NCBI GenBank assembly: GCA_028817405.1
Contig: JAPPPS010000090.1
Span: 22,570-86,569 of the forward strand
Direction of reading: 5' to 3'
From: Gammaproteobacteria bacterium
GTDB lineage: Bacteria > Pseudomonadota > Gammaproteobacteria > Arenicellales > Poriferihabitantaceae
DNA length: 64,000 nucleotides
Both the position numbers and the translations under genes were made by a program. The notes beneath the pieces are model-generated. The model made no database searches. It saw only the letters and a program-made list of their open reading frames with translations, and was not told the DNA's origin. This document shows positions 57,501 through 64,000 of the stretch, piece by piece (the first letter of the stretch is position 1; every line of letters starts with the position of its first letter).

Positions 57501-57920
57501 CAGAAAAATTCTCCACAAGGGAAAAGTGTACGCAATCCCTTGAAAGAATATTATTTGGTGTATGTTCGCGATGATGGCGAGGTGCGGTACAATTATACGC
57601 ATGCCAAACAAATTCTGGAAATTTTCGGAGAATTGGCGCAAAAACAGGATGCCCCGTTATTGCCATTGTGCGATATTTTCGATATCGAAACACAGAATGG
57701 GCGTGACATGGGCAAATATGATACCCTGTTAGACAGGGTCATCACCGCCATTAGTCGGAAATTTGACCGACAAGTTGCCGGCACTCTGGCTTACCGAAAT
57801 GCCGTTGTGCCGACAAAGGCCGAGCAACCTCAGACCGCGGAAAATTTTGAGCTCGTAACCTGGTTAGTCATCAAAGATGGCGAAAAATTGCCCGCGGACT
57901 CCGAACACAAATTATCCTGA
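54591..57920 (+). CDS. PLD-superfamily nuclease domain fused to an SNF2-family helicase (1109 aa)
   Basis: The N-terminal HKD-like motif is LHGKMYHIE...[13 protein letters not shown]. SNF2 motifs are [11 protein letters not shown] (I), [11 protein letters not shown] (II), [15 protein letters not shown] (III) and [44 protein letters not shown] (V-VI). G+C is low. The gene starts 4 nt after the yajC stop. Confidence 0.85.
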   Translation: [1109 protein letters not shown]

Positions 57921-57932
57921 TGGTATAGCGCA

Positions 57933-59435
57933 ATGAACGATAATGGCATCTGGGTGGCGCTGAAAGATTTTGAGTGCACGCCCTTGCGTGATGGGGCAAC
58001 CAAGTTGCTGAGCAAGTTTGGGTTGACCAGCGACCGCGTGATGGGGGCGGATAGCGGGTCATTGGATGATTTTCTGAACGAGTTTAATGTCAATCAAAAA
58101 TTGACCGACTTGGAGCGCAAAAATATTCGTCGACTTGTGCGAAAAATTGTCTTCCTTTTTCAAGTTACGCAAGACGAAATTTCCTTGTTACCGTCGAGCG
58201 GAGAGGATGGTGGCTTGCTCGCAAATTCCATCATTTTTATCGTTGCCGATGTAACTTGCTCACCTCATTTAACTCAAGATGAGTTACAGGGTATTATTAG
58301 GCCATTGCGCAAGGGATTTTCAGCCCCAGTGGTCGGTTTGTTCCGATATGGCGGGCGGGTGGCATTCACGGCGGTGGCGCATAGGCAGCATCAAATTCGA
58401 CCGGAAATAGATGTGCTTTTCGGCGCTGGCGTGACCGAAAACGTAAACCTCTCCAACCCAGACTGGCGACACAAGGATTTTTTGCTGAAATGGCAAAGAA
58501 TCATAGCGTCCGGCTCTGCGGCAACCTTCGGTGATGTGGCGCAACATCTCATTAATGTTCCAAACAAATATCGCGCAGACAAACTGTGTCAAAATAGCGA
58601 TTCTCCCGATATTTTCCGTATGTATATCTGGGATGTTAGTCGCTGGCCGCTTCTTACCAAAGCGGATGAAAAAGAATTGGCCCGGCGAATGGATCATGAT
58701 GCGGATGCAAAAGAACGGTTCTACTGTTCAAATTTAAGACTGGTCATCTGGCAAGCCAAAAGATATGCCGATGTTTCTAACATCGATATCCTGGATTTGA
58801 TTCAGGAAGGCAATATCGGCTTGATGAAAGCAGTCAACAAGTTTGAGTATTGGCGCGGCAATAAATTCTCGACCTACGCGACCTGGTGGATCCGCCAAGC
58901 GATTACGCGGTATATTGCCGACCATGGCAGACTCATTCGGGTTCCCGTCCATGCATTCGAAGATATTCGACGCTTGGATCGCGTATGCTATACAATTTTT
59001 AGAAGAACGGGGCGGGATGCAACGCCTGATGAAATATCGGAAAAGTTGCAATGGTCCAAGGAAAAAGTGACCAGAGTTCTGAATATTGTCGAAGATCCGG
59101 TTTCCATGGAAGCGTCGACCGGGGACGACGTGGATATTAGTCGCTTGAAAGGTTCTATCGAAGACGAGAATATTGTTTCGCTGGTCGATGTCGTCACCAG
59201 TTCATGTCTCAAACAAGCAATTCGGACGCTTCTGAACTCGCTCACCAAGCGCGAGGCCGAGGTGTTGCGGATGCGTTTCGGCATCGGCATGAGTACCGGC
59301 CACACTCTGGAAGAAATTGGCAATCGCTTCGGTGTCACACGCGAACGCATACGCCAAATTGAGTCCAAGACTCTCAAGAAACTGCGTCGGTCGAGCCGCT
59401 CCAGACCCCTGCGCGTTTTTCTCGAAACCCCTTGA
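57933..59435 (+). CDS. Sigma-70-family (RpoD/RpoS-like, regions 1.2-4) factor with a novel ~220-aa N-terminal domain
   Basis: Region 2 reads [53 protein letters not shown]. Region 4 reads [49 protein letters not shown]. Region 1.2 starts near aa 225 ([17 protein letters not shown]). I did not recognise aa 1-220. Confidence 0.85.
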   Translation: MNDNGIWVALKDFECTPLRDGATKLLSKFGLTSDRVMGADSGSLDDFLNEFNVNQKLTDLERKNIRRLVRKIVFLFQVTQDEISLLPSSGEDGGLLANSIIFIVADVTCSPHLTQDELQGIIRPLRKGFSAPVVGLFRYGGRVAFTAVAHRQHQIRPEIDVLFGAGVTENVNLSNPDWRHKDFLLKWQRIIASGSAATFGDVAQHLINVPNKYRADKLCQNSDSPDIFRMYIWDVSRWPLLTKADEKELARRMDHDADAKERFYCSNLRLVIWQAKRYADVSNIDILDLIQEGNIGLMKAVNKFEYWRGNKFSTYATWWIRQAITRYIADHGRLIRVPVHAFEDIRRLDRVCYTIFRRTGRDATPDEISEKLQWSKEKVTRVLNIVEDPVSMEASTGDDVDISRLKGSIEDENIVSLVDVVTSSCLKQAIRTLLNSLTKREAEVLRMRFGIGMSTGHTLEEIGNRFGVTRERIRQIESKTLKKLRRSSRSRPLRVFLETP

Positions 59436-59537
59436 CGAACGAGAGAATTAATATCAATATCTGCGTATATGGCGAGAGAATTGGTGAATGCACTTTATCG
59501 CCCATCACGCAAGCAACTCAATCATCCGGAGTTCATC

Positions 59538-60479
59538 ATGGCCATCACAAGCGTTTATTTCGGCGACGAGTTGGGGCGGTACGGTTTCGGCGACGGGCAT
59601 CCGTTCGGGCCGGACCGTTTGCATGCGTTCTGGGCCGAGACGGTCCGCCAAGGGCTGGACAAGAAAGTCGACATCATGGCGCCGGTGGCATGCGATGAAT
59701 CGGAGTTGCTGCGTTTTCATACGCCGGAATATGTCGGCCTGGTCAAACGCGCTTCCGAGACCGGCGCCGGTTATCTCGACGCCGGCGACACCCCGGCGTT
59801 CAAGGGCGTGTTCGAGGCCGGCTGCTATGTGGTCGGCTCGGACTTGGACGCGCTACAACGCATCGTCTCCGGCGAGACGCCGCGGGTGTTCATCCCCATC
59901 GCCGGCTTGCACCACGCGCGCCGCGACGGCGCGGCCGGCTTCTGCGCCTTCAACGACTGCGGCGTCATCATCGAAACACTGCGCCGCGAATACGGCATCC
60001 AGCGCGTGGCGTATGTCGACATCGACGCGCATCACGGCGACGGCGTGTTCTACGCTTTCGAGGACGACCCGGATGTGGGCTTCGCCGACTTGCACGAGGA
60101 CGGCCGGTTTTTATATCCCGGCACCGGCTTCGCCTCCGAGACCGGCAAGGGCGCGGCCGCCGGCGGCAAGTTAAACATCCCGCTCGACCCCGGCAGCGAC
60201 GACGATGCGTTCCACCGCGCGTGGCCGCGCGTCGAAGAATACTTGCGCGCGTTCAAACCGGAAATCATTCTGCTGCAGGCCGGCGCCGACAGCATCGCCG
60301 GCGACCCAATCACCCACATGCGGTTCTCGCCGGCCGCGCACGGCCACGCGGCCGCGGGCCTGGCGCGCATCGCCGACGAATTCTGCGACGGCCGCCTCAT
60401 CGCCATGGGCGGCGGCGGATACAACCGCAACAACCTGGCGCTGGGCTGGAACGAAGTGCTGAAAGCGTTGTCGGTTTAG
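59538..60479 (+). CDS. Histone deacetylase-family protein (AcuC / acetylpolyamine amidohydrolase-like)
   Basis: GDGHPFGPDRL...AGLHHARRDGAAGFCAFND...VDIDAHHGDGV... are the canonical HDAC catalytic motifs. ATG at 59538. Confidence 0.85.
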   Translation: MAITSVYFGDELGRYGFGDGHPFGPDRLHAFWAETVRQGLDKKVDIMAPVACDESELLRFHTPEYVGLVKRASETGAGYLDAGDTPAFKGVFEAGCYVVGSDLDALQRIVSGETPRVFIPIAGLHHARRDGAAGFCAFNDCGVIIETLRREYGIQRVAYVDIDAHHGDGVFYAFEDDPDVGFADLHEDGRFLYPGTGFASETGKGAAAGGKLNIPLDPGSDDDAFHRAWPRVEEYLRAFKPEIILLQAGADSIAGDPITHMRFSPAAHGHAAAGLARIADEFCDGRLIAMGGGGYNRNNLALGWNEVLKALSV

Positions 60480-60489
60480 CGCCGCCTCG

Positions 60490-60690
60490 TCACCCCCGTA
60501 CGCGGCCGCGGTCGATGCGTTAGGCGGCATACCTCATCACCCCCGTACGCACCCGCTTCGTCACCCCCGTACGTACCCACCCCGTCACCCCCGCGGGCCC
60601 ATCACCGTCACCCCCGCGGGACGCCCCATCACCGTCACCCCCGCGAGCCCCATCACCGTCACCCCCGCAGTCTTTTTAGCGGGGGGCGGA
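60490..60690. repeat. Degenerate tandem array of ~24-bp units (core GTCACCCCCG) ending in a REP-type hairpin
   Basis: The TCACCCCCG core occurs at 60490, 60537, 60561, 60585, 60608, 60635 and 60659 (spacing 23-27 nt for the last six). The terminal hairpin is CCCCCGC-agtcttttta-GCGGGGG. Confidence 0.8.
60662..60685. terminator. Stem-loop between the convergent HDAC-family gene and hisD (possible bidirectional terminator)
   Basis: A 7-bp GC stem CCCCCGC/GCGGGGG with a 10-nt U-rich loop. It sits 12 nt from the hisD stop. Confidence 0.4.
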
Positions 60691-60696
60691 ACCCAA

Positions 60697-62094
60697 TCAA
60701 TCGTCCGAGTCCAACGCAAACTTCTCGCCGGGGAAGTATTTCGCCAAGCGGTCGTCGCCGGTCAGCGCGTGGCCGTGCATGCCTTCGGCGCGGGAGATGC
60801 GCGCCGCGGCCGCGCCGACTTCGCGGTTGGCGTCCGCGGTCATGCGCTGCCAGGTCAGCGTCTTGATGAACTTGCCGACGCTCAATCCGCCGGTGTATCG
60901 CGCCGCGCCGCGGGTCGGCAGGATGTGGTTGGGGCCGGCGCATTTGTCGCCGTAAGCGACCGTGGTTTGCTCGCCGAGGAACAGCGAGCCGTAGTTGCGC
61001 AGGCGGCCAAGCCACCAGTCGAGGTTTTCGCAATGCACTTCCAGATGCTCCGGCGCGTAGTCGTCGCTCACGCGCGCCGCTTCTTCGTCGCTGCCCGCGA
61101 CGATGATTTCGCCGTAGTCGCGCCACGCGGTTTGCGCCGCGTCGCGATTCGGTTGCGGCAAGCGCGCGATGCAGTCGGGGATGGCGGCCATGACTTTTTG
61201 CGCGAGTGGTTTGGAGGTCGTTACCAGCCACGCCGGCGAGTCGGGGCCGTGTTCGGCTTGCCCGATTAAGTCGGCGGCGACTAGGCCTGAGTCGGCGTTA
61301 TGGTCGGCGATGATTAAGATTTCGGTCGGGCCCGCAAACAAGTCGATGCCGACGCGGCCATACAGCAACCTTTTGGCCTCGGCGACGAAGCGGTTGCCGG
61401 GGCCGACTAAGATGTCGGCCGCGTGGCCGGTGAAATGCCCGAACGCCAGCGCCGCGATGCCCTGCACGCCGCCGAGCGCGAGAATGGCGTCGGCGCCGGC
61501 CAGATTCGCCGCATACAAAATCGCCGGATGCACGCCGCGGTGTTTGTCGCCGGCGCCGTCGACGGTGCCGGCGTTGCGTTGTTTGCCGTCGGCGGGGTCA
61601 TCGTCGCCGGCGGGGTCATCATCGCTGGCGCGGCCCGTGGCCGGCGAGCAAGCGATGACATGCGGCACGCCCGCGACTTTCGCCGTGGTGATGCTCATCA
61701 GCGCCGAGGCGATGTGCGCGTAGCGACCGCCCGGCACATAACAGCCGGCGGTGTTGACCGGCACGAGTTTTTGGCCCGCGACGAGGCCCGGCGACAACTC
61801 GGTCTCGAATTCATGCAGCGACGCCAACTGCGCTTGCGCGAACCGCTTCACCCGCGCATGCGCGAACGCGATGTCGTCGCGCATCCGCGCCGGCAACGCC
61901 GCCCCCGCCGCCTCAATCTCGGCCCGCGCCACCACGATGTCGCCGTCCCATCCGTCCAACTCCCGCGCGTATTCCCTGACCCGCGCCTCCCCGCCACTCT
62001 CGCACTCAGCCAACATCCGCCGCACCACCGCCCGCGTGTCATCCTCCCCGGCGGATGGGGATTTGAGGGCGGGTTTGAGAATTTCGACGGTCAT
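60697..62094 (-). CDS. hisD: Histidinol dehydrogenase-family protein
   Basis: ...VPGGRYAHIASALMSITTAKVAGV...LVGPGNRFVAEAKR...IGQAEHGPDS...GDKCAGPNHILPT... It contains a ~30-aa acidic insertion. There are no other his genes nearby, so it could be a paralogue. Confidence 0.75.
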   Translation of the reverse strand: MTVEILKPALKSPSAGEDDTRAVVRRMLAECESGGEARVREYARELDGWDGDIVVARAEIEAAGAALPARMRDDIAFAHARVKRFAQAQLASLHEFETELSPGLVAGQKLVPVNTAGCYVPGGRYAHIASALMSITTAKVAGVPHVIACSPATGRASDDDPAGDDDPADGKQRNAGTVDGAGDKHRGVHPAILYAANLAGADAILALGGVQGIAALAFGHFTGHAADILVGPGNRFVAEAKRLLYGRVGIDLFAGPTEILIIADHNADSGLVAADLIGQAEHGPDSPAWLVTTSKPLAQKVMAAIPDCIARLPQPNRDAAQTAWRDYGEIIVAGSDEEAARVSDDYAPEHLEVHCENLDWWLGRLRNYGSLFLGEQTTVAYGDKCAGPNHILPTRGAARYTGGLSVGKFIKTLTWQRMTADANREVGAAAARISRAEGMHGHALTGDDRLAKYFPGEKFALDSDD

Positions 62095-62765
62095 GCGTGA
62101 ACCGGCTGCGCTTGCTCGAACGCATGATGGACTTTTTCCGCAATTACGGAATCGCCCAATACCGTGATGTCTTTGCCGGTGGTTTGCGCCGACAGACGCT
62201 TAAGTATGTCGCGCAAAACGTCTTTGGACGGGTATTCATCCATTCGTTCAATTTCTTTGTGCATGAATCGCAAAACTCTCTTGTCTCGCCACATGCTTTC
62301 TCTGTAATAAATGTAAGTCCAGTCGACCCAGCGTTTTAACCACTGCACATCCTTCCAAGCATGCTTGGAAATCGCGTAGCACTCGGGCAAATGTCCGCGG
62401 CTGCCGTCGTAGTCGTCGTTGGCATGACGCGCCACGCCGGCGCCTTTTATGCCGAAAGATTCCGGCAAATGCTGTTTAATGGCTTCCCATATCAAGCCAT
62501 TTTGGACATCGGTGCGCAACACCAGTTCGTTGTCATCCACGATTTTGCGCAATTCTTTGCCGAATTGGTACCATTTTTTAAGCGGCTTAATTTTCGACAT
62601 CTGCATGATGCGGTCGGCAATTAACGGCATCTCGTCGGACAAAAATTCGTCCAACGCCTCGGCTTGTTCCCGATGTTCGCGCGACAATGCGCCGGACGGA
62701 CGGAAAACCTTGATTTCCGTCTCGACGCCCCGGATGTCGACTTTTTCACGCAGCAAAACAGCCAT
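62091..62765 (-). CDS. Hypothetical protein (224 aa), low G+C; its stop overlaps the hisD start (ATGA)
   Basis: The ORF has coherent non-repetitive composition and I recognised no motif. Confidence 0.55.
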   Translation of the reverse strand: MAVLLREKVDIRGVETEIKVFRPSGALSREHREQAEALDEFLSDEMPLIADRIMQMSKIKPLKKWYQFGKELRKIVDDNELVLRTDVQNGLIWEAIKQHLPESFGIKGAGVARHANDDYDGSRGHLPECYAISKHAWKDVQWLKRWVDWTYIYYRESMWRDKRVLRFMHKEIERMDEYPSKDVLRDILKRLSAQTTGKDITVLGDSVIAEKVHHAFEQAQPVHA

Positions 62766-62768
62766 GAG

Positions 62769-64000
62769 TTAGCCTCCTTCGTGGATGCGCCACCGGACTT
62801 TAGCCTTGTAATGGCTAATCTCTTCATAAACCTTTTCCGGCGCCAATTCGCGGTCGGCGCCGGCAATCGATTCCGTATTCAACGGATGATAATCGGGTTT
62901 GCCGGAATCATCCACTGGCCGGGTGAGTATGAAGTGCAGCGCCCCATCCAGACAGATGTTCAGCAGATAATCCGTCTGGTCTTGTTCGTCGTCCTGAATT
63001 TGTTTGAATTCAGGGTGTAGCGTGTTGTAATAAATGGTGGGGTTTTTGATGTCCCCGCTCGGTTGCCACGCATGCTTAGTGGGCAACTCGGCCGGTTGCA
63101 GATCAAAAGGAAAGCGCCGCGGAGGTTCCTCTTCCAGCCAGAATTTGCGCGTAACAAAATCGACCCGCTCGCCGCTAATGCTGTCGGTCAACACGGCGCG
63201 AATCCGATACTCACCCGGTTTGGCATACCGCGTTTTGTCGAGGGCAATGGAAAACTCAGCGCCACCATTGATTTGCGCGACGCTCATGTTAGCGTCGCCG
63301 GCCGACAAATTAATCGCCTCATCGGTTAATTCTTCAACTTGCGTGTCGGCATGCAGTACGCGAATAGCGAGTTTGCCGGTGACTATGTGCGCCGTCTTGT
63401 TAAAACATTCGGCCGACACACGAATATTATCGCCCCAATCCACGCGCGGCTTTTTGGCATCGTCCGGAAACGTTACTTGCATGGTAACGCCAAGTTGCTT
63501 ATGCGGGGGCGGGGGCGGAGGAGGTATCGGCCCGTTTGGCTGTTTACCCGACAAGGATTTGCGCTTGTGGCCGAGGTCCAAATCCGAGGCATGTTTCAGC
63601 AGCAATTCCAGCGCTATGCGCTCGGCGTTGTCCCGAGTACGTTGCTGTTGTTGCTGGCGGGTTTCACCAAGATTCAGTTTTTTGCGCCCAAACTCCTGCA
63701 ACTGGCGCTGAATGAACGCCTTTATGTCGCGCGGAACTCGGCTACGCCATTTTAATTGGTAGTGGTTGGGGTGTTGGTTATTCCCCTTGCGCAGTTCTTG
63801 GTCCAGCGGCTTGTCAAACTCAACGAAACCGGTGATCTTCTCGTTGATGTCCGGCGGCGCAATATCCATGCCAAGCGCCTGGATTTTCATGCCATTTTGC
63901 AAAATGGCGATGCCCTGCATTGCTTCCGGAATAGCGGCATCCGGAAGGTAAGCGGCATGAAAATTCTTGATTTTGAAGTCGCCTTGCACGACATCTTCAT
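62769..64000 (-). CDS. Hypothetical protein, at least 410 aa, low G+C; the frame is open to the window edge, so the 5' end is probably outside
   Basis: The frame stays open upstream of the listed GTG (63989) to position 63998. It contains a poly-Pro linker (PIPPPPPPPHK) and ends 3 nt before the next gene. Confidence 0.55.
   Translation of the reverse strand, partial: EDVVQGDFKIKNFHAAYLPDAAIPEAMQGIAILQNGMKIQALGMDIAPPDINEKITGFVEFDKPLDQELRKGNNQHPNHYQLKWRSRVPRDIKAFIQRQLQEFGRKKLNLGETRQQQQQRTRDNAERIALELLLKHASDLDLGHKRKSLSGKQPNGPIPPPPPPPHKQLGVTMQVTFPDDAKKPRVDWGDNIRVSAECFNKTAHIVTGKLAIRVLHADTQVEELTDEAINLSAGDANMSVAQINGGAEFSIALDKTRYAKPGEYRIRAVLTDSISGERVDFVTRKFWLEEEPPRRFPFDLQPAELPTKHAWQPSGDIKNPTIYYNTLHPEFKQIQDDEQDQTDYLLNICLDGALHFILTRPVDDSGKPDYHPLNTESIAGADRELAPEKVYEEISHYKAKVRWRIHEGG

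Noticed and set aside
60490-60690. A possible CRISPR array, given its regularly spaced repeats.
   Set aside because: The period is only ~24 bp, so the 'spacers' would be 10-15 nt. The units are degenerate and no cas genes are present. It is a tandem repeat.

Overview
This is a 64-kb chromosomal segment from a high-G+C Gram-negative, proteobacterial-type genome. All calls come from reading the ORF translations and the DNA by eye; no database search was run. The backbone is housekeeping and metabolic: a Dpp-type peptide ABC importer with a fused permease-ATPase, a GntR regulator, LysE, an ATM1-type ABC exporter, cystathionine beta-synthase, Liv-type ABC components, groES-groEL with a CIRCE operator, fxsA, a Calx-beta-like autotransporter, ygfZ, smpB with a fused ratA-rnfH, arsC, tcuAB, an Fe(3+) ABC importer with a Fur-like box, nadC, fadE, an acyl-CoA ligase, yajC, an HDAC-family protein and hisD. 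Four visibly lower-G+C insertions interrupt it. (i) 5.75-7.75 kb holds a decayed IS1595/IS1016-type transposase gene, a beta-class DNA methyltransferase fused to an HNH nuclease, and a 5'-truncated amidase. (ii) 15.7-22.7 kb lies inside the Liv operon, is bounded by a 29/30-nt direct repeat, and carries a translationally coupled 5-gene cassette: GNAT-ABC ATPase, HerA-like ATPase, an unknown protein, an HKD/PLD nuclease and an ORC-like P-loop ATPase. This is my best candidate for an undescribed defence-type system. (iii) 54.6-59.5 kb starts 4 nt after yajC and encodes a PLD-SNF2 helicase-nuclease followed by an RpoD/RpoS-like sigma factor with a novel ~220-aa N-terminal domain; this is the second candidate. 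(iv) 62.1 kb to the window end holds two unknown genes fused onto hisD. Other notable signals are two C14 homopolymer tracts in an autotransporter and a glycosyltransferase (contingency-locus-like), a REP/MITE family whose hairpin shows compensatory base changes between copies, a 1-kb REP cluster, and many in-frame GGTGAC-type low-complexity insertions in conserved enzymes. I found no rRNA, tRNA or CRISPR array.
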